64,000 bases of DNA, taken from Lama glama (Eukaryota). This document shows, piece after piece, positions 50,424-63,790 of the stretch. The translations under genes were made by a program, and so were the position numbers. The notes below the pieces were generated by a model that saw only the letters and a program-made list of their open reading frames with translations, was not told the origin of the DNA and made no database searches. The stretch covers positions 15,006,001-15,070,000 of the forward strand of contig CM052818.1 of the NCBI GenBank assembly GCA_028534125.1, read 5' to 3'. Numbering within the stretch: position 1 is the stretch's first letter; each line of letters begins with the position of its first letter.

Positions 50424-50637
50424 TTTTTTTAATATATTTTTATTGAAGTTTAGTCGGTTCACAATGTTGCGTCAACTTCTGATATACAGCACAATTCTTC
50501 AGTCATATTAGGAACATACATATATTCGTTTTCATACTCTTTTTCACCACAAGTTACTACAAGATATTGAATATAGTTCCCTGTGCCATACAGTATAAAC
50601 TGGTTGTTTATCTATTTTATATACATTAGTATGTGCA
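50424..50637 (-). mobile_element. Short L1 3' end adjacent to a MIR
   Basis: T tail plus tttattgaagtttagtcggttcacaatgttg..ttccctgtgccatacagta. TSD tggtttgat at 50415-50423 and 50638-50646. MIR-like sequence follows (about 50650-50815). Confidence 0.88.
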
Positions 50638-51787
50638 TGGTTTGATATTATGATCTCAATTCTACCAATTACTAAGCTTCAATTTTTGCTTTTAGAGTGA
50701 AGATGGTAATAGAACTTACTTCTTAGGGTTATTGTGAGGATTAAGGCAAATCTCCATGTAACATTTAACATTAATGTCCAGTACAGAATAAACACTCAAT
50801 AAAATTTGTTATTATAGGGAATTATACATGCACATGTTCCTCTTATATTTAGAGATGGATACTTTATCTATGGCCTTATCTTTAAAATTTCTTTATCATG
50901 AGAGCCACATGTCTAGGTGCTATATTTGAAACTTTAGTAAGAAAGCCTCTTGGTTTTGTAGTTTTTTCTAAATGGGAAATAGCCAGAGAACCTATCTGTA
51001 GCACTTAATCTAACAGGGTACATTTAGGGCTTCCATTTACCTTGTATTCTGTAGCAAAAATATGTCCTCTTTAAGCGCCAAAGTATCTATGGTTAGGCCA
51101 TTGATGGTTTCCCATTGCTTGAGGGAAGAATTCAGCTTGTTCCTGAATTGCATATGTAAACACACAGACCTTGAAAATTAACAGTCTTCTTGAGAATTAT
51201 GGATCACGTTTGTAATGAGGCAATGTCTTGAGCTTTTCCCACAGTTTACCTACATATTTATTGGAATGTGTTGAACAGTCCATATCATATATGCTTGTCT
51301 GTTCTGTAGTAGAATCAACAAGTAATAGCTGTAGGCAAAATAAGGAGAAACTAGTTAAATGAGATCGAAGTAGTTGAAATAAATTGGTGATAACTTGTTT
51401 AGAACCACCAGTCATAAGTATATACTTTAGCATTTCTTGTAGTTCAGGACTGCTGGCAACAAATTCTTTTGGCTTTCCTATATCTGAAATCAGCCAGAAG
51501 CAAAAATACATACAGGGCTGTTTATAAGAATAGTGATATGAATGATGGAGTTTCTAGGAACAAATAGCAAGCTATAGTAGACAAACAACAAAGTTATTAA
51601 TTTTTATAAAGGAGTTTTAGAATTACAGATTTTTCTTTTCTAATTGATATGCAAATGATTAGTAATAAAATAATTACTGTTTAATCTTTTAACTGAAGAA
51701 AAGAAGCACAAATCAGAGAGTAAATGAAATAGATTTACAAAAATTTACATGGGGTAGGTGACATTTTACTTATGTATATAATGTCTT

Positions 51788-51924
51788 TTTTTTTTTCTTT
51801 TTTTTGGTGGAGGAAGGTAATTAGGTTTACTTGTTTATTTACTTTTAGTGGAGATACTAGGGATTGAATCCAGGACCTTGTGCATGCTAAGCATGCTCTC
51901 CACTGCTTGAGCTATACCCTCCCC
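51788..51924 (-). mobile_element. tRNA-derived SINE (Vic-1-like)
   Basis: Full head plus ggtaattaggttt tail. 16-nt TSD atgtatata(a/g)tgtctt at 51772-51787 and 51927-51942. Confidence 0.9.
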
Positions 51925-53263
51925 TCATGTATATAGTGTCTTAACTGCTTTAAATTCTTGATTTCAAGTTCTGTGTGTAAGTCCTCAGAAGTAGTTGGCC
52001 TCACATGACAATGGTTTAAATGCTTTATGTTTGTATTCTCTGTTATTTTTATGACTCTTACTTACTTAGATTCTATAATACTATGATTAATGAAATGTTT
52101 CTTTTTTATTTCTAGTTATTCAAAATAGCATTAATGCCAATTTCAGAGGGAGACTTGTTTTATTTTTGCGTATTTAATTTTAGCTGTCCACAGAGTGAAC
52201 ATACATGTTTACTGAGCTTTATTACATTTAGAATTATATAAGAAACAATTTTTTAAATGTGGCCACACAATCATCAAATTGTAGTTTTTGATGACTATTG
52301 CATATTTTGTACTTACCTGCTCCTCTGTTAAACATTAAGGTAATTTCTATCTTTTGAACATCTGTTATAGACAATACTATGGTTAGTATATTTGTACAAA
52401 TAGAATATAATTTTTAAAATTTTATCTCAGAAAGATTAATTTGCTCAGAGTCATACAGCTGGTAAGTGTCTGAGCAGTCTGGCTGTAAAGTCAATGCTCC
52501 TCATAACTTTGCTGTGATGCCTCTTTTGATACGTTTTGCCAAATTAGCTCTCTCAAAAAAGGGTTACACTTATCTTCAGTCAGTTTAACCACAACTGAGC
52601 AGTATTGGATGATGATTTTTATTAAAAAGTAACCAACTTAATAGGTATAAAATGATATATTTTTATTCTATAGAAGCACTTGATAAAGAAGTTAATTTAA
52701 ATATCTAAAGCTATAAGTTAAATTTTTGTTCATTAAAAAAAAGCCTTTTCTCTATGATTGCTTTTTACCATTAGAAATTTGCAAGCAGGAAATTGACTAA
52801 GGCTATTTCTGAAGGAACTGGTATCTTAGACACTCCTAGACTGAGTCATCTGTCTTTAGGGACTGATCTCATTGTTTTATTAAAACTTTGTTTAGCAAGT
52901 ATTTTGCGGTAGAGATACTTAATTGTACAAAAGAATCACAATTTGAGAATAGTTTTCTATTTGTCAGTGATAATTTAAAAACTTATTTAAGATAAATGTT
53001 TTAAATTCTAAGGGCATGAGTTGTTCATAGTTGAAAATTAAAAACCATGCACAAATTATAAACTAAAAAGTTTTAAAAACACACCATTCTCTAGTCTCCT
53101 GGTCTCAATCCACTAGTTATATGAAAACCATCCACTGTTCCATCTGCCATTCTTGTTTTCCATTTCAAACTACTATTAACTATTTGTAAGAATTATTTTT
53201 TGTTAATATAAATGTCTAACCTCCCCTTCCCTCCCCTCCCCTCTCCTTCCTTCCTTCCTTCAG

Positions 53264-53518
53264 CTGTGAATTCTTTGGAATTGTGAATATTCTTTTGAAA
53301 TATGGAGCTCAGCTAAATGAACTTCATTTGGCATACTGCCTGAAGTATGAGAAGTTTTCAGTGTTTCGCTACTTTTTGAAGAAATGTCCATTGACACCGT
53401 GGAGCCACATATCTGAATTTATTAATCATGCAATTAAAGCACAGGCAAAATATAAGGAATGGTTGCCATCTCTCCTGCTTGCTGGATTTGACCCACTAAG
53501 GCTACTATGCAGTTCTTG
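53264..53518 (+). CDS. ASB3: ASB3 exon 8
   Basis: ccttccttcag|C..; encodes (D)[86 protein letters not shown]|gtaaga; 255 nt. Confidence 0.96.
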
Positions 53519-55339
53519 GTAAGAAATCCTACCATTGCAGACCTTACCTTTTTTGAATAAATATTCTACCTTTAATTTTCCCCAATTTCTTGAGTGTTGG
53601 GAGGAGGGTGGTGGTGTGTGTATGTGAAGACTTTGATAGCTGGATTGGGGTGAAGGAATTGGGGGGAAGCTAATAGTGAGATTGAGTGTAAGGATAGAGT
53701 CCTGGAAAAAGGTCAGAGGTAGCTAGAAGGGAGTAGAGAGGAATGGGTGTCAGGGACCCCTCCTGAGAGCGATGTTTCTTCTACTTAAACCATCCTTCAT
53801 GCTGCTCTCAAAACGCCTGTGACAGAGTGGTTAGAGCTGCTGTGGAGATGTCTGTCATCTTTTAGTCAACTAGATTGAATACTCCTGTCCTATAGCATCT
53901 TGTCTATTTGAACTTTGTCTCCCTCAATAAGTACTGATTTCTGAAGTAGCTGAGGATAAACTGTTTACTTCAGGTTGTTTCTCACAAGGGCAGCCCCTAT
54001 GAGTGATTCTGTGAAAGCTGAGTTAGGATTTTTCTAGGGCAAGAAGAGAAAAACTTTCTATCAGCCTCTGCAAAAGTTTGAAGTGTTTAGGTGGGCTGAG
54101 AAGGTAATTGTAGCTGTGAGAGAGCTCTTTTGGCCTGATAATTTGAGTCAAATGAGAACACAGAACAGAAGTCTCCAGGAATATAGAGAACTTGGGTATT
54201 TTATAAAATTTCAATAAAACATCCAGAAGACTTCCTTTTTTTTTTGCTTCAGAAACTACCATTCACTAAAGTAAAATGTAGACAATACTGAGATTTTGGG
54301 TTTCAGAAAAGTGCTTTGATATCTTGTTATTTGAGTTTTGCTTTTCAGAAGAGATCCTCTTTGAGGTTCATGAGGGCAACACTAATGGTTCCCATGCATA
54401 AACTTTGTACTTCTGGGACTCCCTCTTCCACCTGGTGGCTTCTGTATCTTCCTGTGAAGAACAAATCTTTATTTGGCAAGATCCCAGTATCTCACCTTTT
54501 TATTATGTCTGCCATAATATAGAATTCAAGAATTTTCACTAAGCAGAGGTTTTATGCTTAGGACTGTCATCCCTTTCTGATACTAAGTGTTTCAGGTATG
54601 TGGTTTGTAAGGAAAAACTGCTTTCTAACAGAAAGTTTGAGGAATACAGAAGTAAAAGCAGATTTAGATACATGTTCTGATCTTGACTTTTTTTTTTTTT
54701 CAGTTTATGATGGGTTGAGTCCCTGATTGTATTTACTTCTTTGTTCAACTGCTGATTAAAACATAAGTTATCTGTCAAAGACTCATTGTTGCAATGTCCT
54801 TTATTCCATTTCAGTAAATTTTCTAAAAAATCCATTGTATTTTTTAGATAATTGAGTGAAATATAAAGATTATTGACAATTGATTGGGGAATCTCTGATT
54901 TGAGGAAGTTTTTTGTATATGCATACTTGTTTTGCGTGTGCACACACACATACTCTGCTGAGATATAAACATTCGTCAATGAATGCTATATTCAGTTATT
55001 AACAAAGCTGTTTAAGTACCCTTAACTTTTTACTTAGTGAATTTTATGTTGTGTTTGGGCTCCTGACAGCTAGCAACAGTTTCTCCTTGTCATTCTAGAA
55101 TTCATTCCCCAGCTGCTACTGTAAATCCAGCCGACACATGGTAGCAGTTGGCACCCCTGACAGAGTGTTCCCTTTCTTCTCTCACTCCACTTAGTGCTTA
55201 TTTTCAAGGCACCCACTTTCTTCTCAGCCACACTCCTTGTGTTTCTCTACTGAAGCTTCTAACTGAACTCCATATTACTTGCCCATTACTTTCAGCCTTC
55301 GTACTCCATTCTGGTTTCTAGTTTGTTCATTTCTTTAAC

Positions 55340-55575
55340 CAGTACTTAAAATACCGCCTGACACACAGTAGGTACTATTTTAAGTTCTTGACTGTTAACT
55401 CATTTAATATAAAATATAGTCGATATTATTATTCTTATTTTAGAGAAGAGGGAATTGAGGCATTGAGTGTTCAACATAGTTGCCCAAACTCACAGTTTTT
55501 GCTAGAGCTTAGATTTGGACCCAGGCTGTCCTCTAGTGTGGCTCAAGACTGTGTCTGTTACCACTGTGCTCTGCT
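55340..55575 (-). mobile_element. MIR SINE
   Basis: ttattcttattttagagaagagggaattgaggca..ttgcccaaactcacag..gatttggacccaggctgtc. Confidence 0.6.
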
Positions 55576-58283
55576 CAGTTAGCCCTGTGTATCCCCAGGG
55601 ATACAAAAGTTATAACACTTAATTTCAGATACCTTAATCCCTTGCCTAACTTGGGGAGATCTGGGCCAACTTTTCTTGCTCCTTTCTACTCCTAAATTAG
55701 GAAGAACCTGTGCAGGAAAAAAATTAAATATATCTTCTTTTCCTTTCTTCCGCAGACAACTACATAGATGCCGGAAGGAGAGGAAATTATTTAGCTTTAT
55801 TCTCCCAGAAGTCTTAGTAAATACACTCTCCCATCCCCAGTTCTGATACATAGTCCCCTTCTGCCTATGTGATGAGCCCATTTGCAAATTTTTGTGGTAA
55901 TAAGCTACTGGGTTTATGTTAAATTTATTGCATTTGTTAGGATAGAAAAGAACTAATAAACTGCAAATTGTTTTGAATTGTAAAACTTTCAGCTATCTGA
56001 ATTGAGAATGCCAGTTGCATATGTTTTACTCCAAAAGAGTAACTTTATATTTTATATTCATTAGAAAAAATACAATGGAAAATTTCACTTAGGCAATGAA
56101 AATGCTTAACATGGTCAAATTTTTGTTCATGGATCTTTTACTGAATGGATAAAGCCAGTGTTTTTGCTGAGTATAATAAATGTTTTGCTTTCTTTGATCA
56201 AATTTACAAAGAGCTGTTATAAAAAAAATTATCCCATAAAAATTCCAGTATGTTGTTAGAGTGGATTTTGGTTGTATCTTATTTATATCACATCTAAGTC
56301 TGTTGCTTAATCTTTGTCATGTAAATTATAAATGTCTTTCCTAGGTATTGGTTGTCTTAAACAGTCTTAAAAAATGTATCTGGCTGAATAATTGCCTGTC
56401 ACAATATAATCTACAGAGTTGAAATATTTTCTCAGCTTTAAGCATAACTAGATTTCCCTCCCATTGGCAATGCAATAGGCGAATAATAGAAAGTAAATGT
56501 CATCTGTGCGTTTAGTTGATTAACTGTCACTCGTTTATGATTGTACAACTGCTTTGTACAATGTAATGGTCAATGTAGTATAGTAACAATACATTTTTAG
56601 TGGCATAATCAGCATTGGTAAAATAAACTCACCATTAACTAAAGCTGTATGAACAGATTTATTTCTCATGTGTGTGTTTAGATAACTGCATAAAAATGAC
56701 TTTGTGTTTGGTCACAGTGAGACTTAAAGCACATTAAGGTAGAAAAATGAAACCATTAAAAGAGAAATAAGGAACCAAAACCAAGTAATCTTTGGTGTGG
56801 GGTTCCTAGAAAGTCAAGGAGATTGTTTGCCTTTGAATGTATTTTATCATTTCATTTATTCTCAGTATTTCCTAATAAATTGTGACTTCACTGAGAGCTT
56901 GAGAAGTAAAATGTTTCCCAAGGCATTTGCGCTACACTTTCAATTCTTCCTTATATAAATTTGAGTAGTAGAGAATTAAGAATTTGGGAAATAATTTTTA
57001 GCCTCTCTAATCAGTCACTTGAAGGATACTTTGACCCTGAAATACAAGAAATAAATTATCTTTGAGAAGACAAGTTTAGAGTATTATTCAATTTCTTTCC
57101 TTTGCTTCTGTTTTTTCCCTTTTGCTTTGCTCAGTAGTGTGTCCAAAAAAAGCAACCATGAGAAGAATTTCTGTTTTTGAAGTAATCACCAAAGACCCTA
57201 ATCGTTTTATTTTTCTTCAAACTGTGTGATGGTAGGGGAGTATCTAACTGAGTAGAAGATAAGTAATCTTGTTAGAATTTAGAGTTCTCTTTAAGCTTTG
57301 ACTAAATTTCACGTGTACTGTGTTATAAGGCCCACTGGGAATGTAATACTGAAAATTTCAAACCAATCCTAGTAATATTAAATATTTATATAATATCTGG
57401 TAGTTTTAAAAGTCTGTTTACTGTATTATCTCAATTATTTTCATGAATAGTCCCGTAAAATAGGCAGTTGAGTATTCTCATTTTAGAGACCAGGATCTAA
57501 GGCTTAAAGAATTTAGACAAATATGATTGTAAGTAGTAGAGGTGGTATTAGAAATCAGAACTTTTTTTACGTTATTGCTCCTCCCATTAGGATTCAAGTG
57601 CTTCTAAAATTTAAGACGTCTCTTCTGGGTGTGTTGGTAGGAAGTCTGACATTATTTTGAAAGAATAGAGGGAGAACTGTTTGTCATCAACACCTTCTTT
57701 CAGTCTTTAAAGGCAAAACTTATTCCCTACATCCTTCAGAGCTGTATCTATAATGGAGAACATTCTTAGAGGAGAACAGTCGTGGTACATGCCTGGGAGT
57801 TGGTCAGAAACAAGCCATCTCTCCTGTACACTCAGTTTAGGGATAACTTTCAGTGTTTGGGCTTTATCCTTTCAGGACTGTTAAGTTATGTGTCTGTAAA
57901 GATGACCAGTCTAGATTTGGCAATGACCCCATTGGGAGGAGATAATGGCAAATCCACTGATAACACTGGTGCTAAGTCTGTCTTACCACTGCTGCTGGGG
58001 AATGAGAAGGAAAGACTAAGACTACCCTCTGCGGGAGTAGACACTCCTCTTGTCATCTACTGGTCAGCCACACACAGAGTTGCTCAAGTTTCATGCGGGG
58101 ACCTGTACATGATTTTTCACATCCACTGAACTTATCTCTAGTTATCCGAATATTTTCTGTGCCTTCAGTCCTCTGTCAGCTTTCCACATTTAAGATGTAA
58201 GAATAGGTATGTGGTGTTTGTTTTCAGGACAAACGCTTGGTGTATTTTGTGTCTAACGGTGTGTTAACGTCTTGCTAATACAG

Positions 58284-58417
58284 GATTAACTCAGTCAGCG
58301 ATGACATCCTTATCTTCACTTTGGAGTTTACTAATTGGAGGAACCTTCCTCCAGCTGTTGAAAAGATGCTCTCTGCTCGTGCCTCAAACTCCTCTCGGGC
58401 TCTGCAGAAACACATAG
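58284..58417 (+). CDS. ASB3: ASB3 exon 9 (the SOCS-box exon lies beyond the window)
   Basis: ctaatacag|G..; encodes (W)[45 protein letters not shown]|gtaaga; 134 nt; phase consistent with exon 8. Confidence 0.95.
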
Positions 58418-60058
58418 GTAAGAAAGTACAGTTTTCAAACACACGTCACTATTTTTAATTCTCTTCCTTCTCTAAACTAACTGTTGTAATTTTAAGTGAT
58501 AAGTCACTGGAAAACATATATTTAGTTGGGCGTTATCTGCATTTTCTTTGTGTGGGGCAAGGATGGGATTGCGGCAAGGGCATCATAGTAATTTCCTTCA
58601 ACAAAAATCACATCTGATTTCATAAATTTAGCCTAAGGAGCAAATAAAGAAAAGTAAATGTTTACTGAAATTGTAACGATATCCTTTTATTTTTAGTAAG
58701 GGTTGTACAAACAAAAGTGAGTCCTAAAAATCTTATTAGTAAATATTTAGTTTGTGGTCAGAAGAATGCTAAATGCAGTTTTCCTCTTTGGAGTTTATGT
58801 GGATTTGTGTTCTCTCTTTTAATATTTTATCATCATCTAAAAGGAAGTATCACCATTCTTTATTTTTACCTGTTCTTACTGAATGTATGCCAGTATGTTG
58901 GTATGACTGTAAAGGTGAGCTATTTTAAAACTAATTTTCGAATTACCCTCACTTTTGAAAAAAGCTTTTAAGTTAGTTAAAATGTTAAAGAGTGCGCAGC
59001 AGATTTTACACAAGGAAACCAGTTTAAACTAATCATAATATATGCAAATTATTTTATTTATTTAGTCAGATTTTACTCCAACTATATTTTGTTAACCAGA
59101 TTATGTCTTAAGTTAGAAAAATTATTTCTTCACTGATATTTTTACATGAAATTAACTTCATAAAACATGTTGAATGGGTTTTTAACAAGTAAACTTAATG
59201 CATGTGTAGAAATGTGTCTTCTAATTTCTTGGAAAATTACATTTAAGTAAATTTTCTCAATCAAAAACAGACATTCAGGAAAATATGCTCTTGAACTGAG
59301 GTGCATTCAGACTGTTAGAGAGGTTTCTTGCTGAAGAAAAAGTGTAATCTGTTTGGAGTCTGAGCCTTCTATTAGAGAATTTCTTTAATGGTAATGTTGG
59401 AAAACTCACTTGCATATAAGAATTGCATCTGCTTTTACTAACTATGTATCTGTGGAGGTAGAGAGCAGATACCTATTCTGAATTGATAGAATTTGGGACA
59501 GTGGATTTGGAAACAAAGTGGAAAAGAGGGAACCTATGCCAAATGGGGAAATTATTGCAGACTATCAATTAGTAAAGATCTGTGAGAGTTTACTCTGAAG
59601 ACTTTAACATATGGCAGGTTTGTCCAGATGAAGGTAAAAATTGTGCATGAGTGCATTAGCCTGCAGTTGACTAAATCCATCAAAGGCTCCTTGTTTAATT
59701 AGGCAGTAGGTAGAGCTTGTGTGAGGTAATAATCGTCATCTCTTATGAGGATTTTATTTTGGCTGAAGACTTGCAGAAGCCTTTCTCAGAGGTATTAAGG
59801 TAGCTAATGCCTTTCTGCTCTATTTCTCTAGCCAAGACCTCTTTTCTTGGTTGTGGTCTCATATAGCTAACTGACTTTTGCATATCTCCACTTGGTATAC
59901 CACATTTTGACATATCCAGAATTTGAATTTGTCATTTTTCCTATGAATCCTGATGGTTTTTCTATTTCCTGATTCAGGAGGTGAGGTGATTTAGGGATGC
60001 AGTTTACCAAGAACGTGAGTTACCCCTGGCAGCTGTTTGTTACTTGTTTCATCCAAAG

Positions 60059-60267
60059 CAGTGGTGTTAAACAGGATGATTTTGCCCCCCTACAGGGGAT
60101 ATTTTAGTTGTCACAATTGGTAGGCGTGCTGTTGCCATCTAGTGGATAGAAGCGGGAGTGTGTGTGTGGACCGGGGGATGCTGCTAAATATTCTGCCAGG
60201 CACAGGACAGGTCCCACAATGAATTATCTGGCCCCAATGTCGGTAGTGCCAAGGTTGAGAAACCCTG
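60059..60267 (+). mobile_element. MER20 hAT-Charlie MITE
   Basis: cagtggtgttaaac..tgattttgcccccc..gttgtcacaa..catctagtgg..gatgctgctaaa..gcacaggacag..aaggttgagaaaccctg. Flanking 8-mers atccaaag and atccactg. Confidence 0.88.
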
Positions 60268-61547
60268 ATCCACTGTGACTCTTGTGTTGTCCAGTGTTTA
60301 AAAAGCCCTTTTATTTCTATTCCAGAAAGACTTTTTAACCCTATTCTTATTGCAAACTCCTTAGGGAAAGCTTGTGTTCTTCCTTGAGGTCATAGTGGTC
60401 TCTCACGATAGTCTTCAGTGGTTCCTCTTCTGCAGATAATGGGAGCCATCACAATGCTGGATTTTAGTAAGGCTAGAAGGAAAAGATATGCCATCCTCCT
60501 CAGTTGCCTGAGTTTCAGAGTGGGATTATGATTCTCTTTCTTTATGTAGTTCAAGACTGTCTTGAATGAACCCAGCTCTTCTTTTTTCTTCAGTTTTCAG
60601 GACATTGAGTTTCTGTGTACTGGTCATCTGTACTCTCCCCTCCTTTATTTGGATTTTAAGATGCAAGATTTCTAGTAAGCAGAAGCATGATTAGGGTTTT
60701 AACACCAATTAGAGTGAGCTCAGAAAGATAGGTTTTTGATTACTTCTCTAAATGTTTGACAGTCTTGGTTTCACCCCACTTTCTCCAATAACTTATCGTG
60801 GTATTAAAAAAAATTGCCTTGTCGGTATATTCTTTTAACTTTTTTGGAAAAGATGCTTCTTGTAGCTCTGCCACAATCAGTGAGCCCCTAGGTAGCTTTA
60901 GTTCCCTGGCTCCTTTGGGTATACCAGTGTCTATCCCAAGGGAAGGATTTTCTCCATTTTTTTCCTAAGCTCTTTTCAGGTCTTGGAAATGCCTTATACT
61001 TGGTCAAAACCCTCCTTTCCTCACCTTCTTCCTCCTTAAGGAAACAGCAACTTGGCCTGGTAGTTTATAAATAAGAAAGACAACCAATTCCTTGCTGCTC
61101 ATCTTTTAATCCTTGAGTAAGGTTTGTCTTCAAACAGTTTGTTTACATTAGGAAAGAAGTGTGTGCCAGGTAAACTCTACTGACTGGCTGCAGCTTTAAT
61201 GACAATTTTTTGATCATGAGTCTGTATATAGCTCTCAGAAACATCAATTCACCACACTGCAGTAGACTTGTTAGCCGAAAAATTTGCCAACCCCTGGCCA
61301 ACTGACCAAGATCAAGTCTAGGAAATTGTGTTCTTATGGGTAAAAACACTTGGCTTTAGTTCATCCTGAACTTTAGAGATCAAAGATAAACAGTTCCATC
61401 CAGAGTATTACATGGATCTGATCCTACAAAGGACTGTAAAAGGGTTCCTGGAAACTCTCTTGATCTAGTCATTTCAGTATTCCTCTGCTTTGTTCTAAAC
61501 ATGATGTAAAACAGTTTATACATACAGACAATCACAAACAGTAAAAC

Positions 61548-61867
61548 ATGTAGAATCTAAAACATAAAACAAACTAGTGAATATCACAGAGAAGAAACAG
61601 ATTCATAGATACTGAGAACAAACTAGTGGTTACCACTGGGGTGAGGGAAGGAAGAGTGGCAAGATATAAAGGGTAGATGATTAAGAAGTATGGACTACTA
61701 TGTATAAAATAAGTGATACAACACAGGGAATATACCCAATATTCTATAACAACTGTAAGTGAAGTATTTTTTTAAATGGAGTATAACCTTTGAAAATTGG
61801 GAATCCCTATGTTATATACCTGAAACTTACATAATATTATAACTTAACTATACTTCAATTAAAAATT
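61548..61867 (+). mobile_element. 5'-truncated L1 3'UTR
   Basis: gaagaaacagattcatagata..aacaaactagtggttacca..caacacagggaatata..aactatacttcaattaaaaa. Confidence 0.85.
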
Positions 61868-62699
61868 AAGAACCCCATCAGTATTGGCCTTTCATCTTCA
61901 AAAATCAAACATGTGACCTTCTATTTGTAGAGGAGGAAACTTTTTACCTCCCTGCTACTAGCCATGTTATGGGCCTTCACAGCTTAAGCAGAGTCACGCC
62001 TTGATTAACAGTCCTGCAGTACTGCAGACTGCCCTTATTATGAGATTTAAGAGCCAAGCTTGGTTTTGTTTTGTTTGTTTTGTTTTAATGAGAAATGTAT
62101 AGTTAACTTAAAATTTTAACAAGCTTCCATTTGCCCGCTTACAATTTTATCATTTTTGCTGCACACAGCCTCTTATAAATCCAAGTGGTAGTTTTTTGTT
62201 TTTTGTGTGTGCTTGGTGGGAAACTTAACTAAACTAGGTACTAATGAGTTGTAGCCACATTTGCTGGGACATTTTGCTGTTAAAACTGCTTTGATGATAT
62301 CAGAAATCTAACAGTGTGCTAAGAGAGGGGGAAAATGTTGCCCTAGGGCAATTAAAACAGAATTTTTAAAAACGTCTTGTCGGTTCACCGATACTACTTT
62401 AAAGCCCATTTCACTTCCCATATATGTATTGCATGTGTGCAGGCAGACCCCTGGGACAGCTATATCCTAATTAAAACAAAAGAACATTATTTTCCAGATC
62501 CCAAATATTTATTTTAGGGTGGAAAGGCAATTAGGATAGGAGCTTTAGTTTTTGATAGCTTGTTCATCTGATAACTTTTAACCACTCAAATCTATAATTG
62601 TAGTTAGTTCCAAATATGGATCATAGGCAGAAGTCTTCAAAGAAGAGAAGCTATCATGTAAGTATTTCTGTAGGTAGGCATTTACAAATATAGCTATTC

Positions 62700-63790
62700 A
62701 TATTCATTAATTCTTTAGTGAATGAATTTTTTAATTACACCCCAACTATGTATCAGACACTGATTTAGAATCTATGAATGAAAAAAAAACATTGTTCTTT
62801 AGTGGAGTGGCTAAAAGAGAATGCAGGGTCATGGCAGAATTTTCTTTTAAAACGAGAGGCTTGAACATGTTTTATAGGTTAAGGGGTCTCAGTTTGTTTA
62901 AAAAAAATTAGATTAAAGATTTGGAGATAAAAGTGATAATTTATATAGTAAGATTTCACATAAGCCAGAGGGAGATTTAATTAACCTTAAATAAACAAAC
63001 TCCTTCCCTTTGAGAAGAAGAGAGATGACGGGGTAGATGTGAAAAAGTTTATAGTTTGAGTATTAGAAACTGAGAGAAAGAGAGCCTAGAAGACTTCCTG
63101 TTTTTACTTAAGAAGTCGGAGGTAAAATCTTGCTAAGAAGGAAACTGAAGTGAGAGTTGGTAGGAGAAACTTGGTTTGGAATGGTTGTTGTGGGAAACAG
63201 GAACTAGTGAAAGATTTACGGAGCATCCTGGGGGCCTCGTGGCGGCTGGAAGTAGTATAGTTTGTATGGTCACATGGTAGCTTTTTCCCAGTGTGGCTTC
63301 AGTTTCTCTGTATTGGGGAGCAGAGGGAATATGGTTAGACTGATTCTGGGGATTGTCAGAGCAGGTACAGAAGAATTGAGTTTGATAAAATAAAATAGCA
63401 TAAGTGATGGGTCTGTGGAATTCCATCAGACAGAAAAAGAAGTGAGAAAGGAAGGGACCTGATAGACTAGAAGGCAGGAGGAGTCAGGGCCCGAGGTCTC
63501 AGTGATGGTAACGATCAGGTGCAGTGGCAGTCAGGGAGAGCAGACTCTGGAAGGAGAGGAGGTGGTATATGTTGGAATTTAAGGACAGAAAAACATGAGT
63601 CTGAAAGTGGTGCAGTAGGACTATGAGAATACTAACCTGCCTTCGAGACTTTGTGGTGGGTGTAACAAAGATGTTGAAGAATGAGAAAATTCTATTTTGT
63701 AAGTTGGTCGAGGAAGTAGTTTTCTTGGGAGGATCAGGCTTCTGTGAGGACAAGAGGTGGAGAGAGTGTCCTGTACAGTGTTCTAGAGGA
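62700..63790 (-). mobile_element. Degenerate L2 fragments
   Basis: attcattaattc..tatgtatcagacactg end followed by a long purine-rich body typical of antisense L2. Confidence 0.45.

Noticed and set aside
54539..54979. 146-aa minus-strand ORF (and similar intronic ORFs such as 8294-8686, 51197-51511 and 57782-58129)
   Set aside because: No recognisable domain, low-complexity AT-driven composition, and no supporting exon structure.
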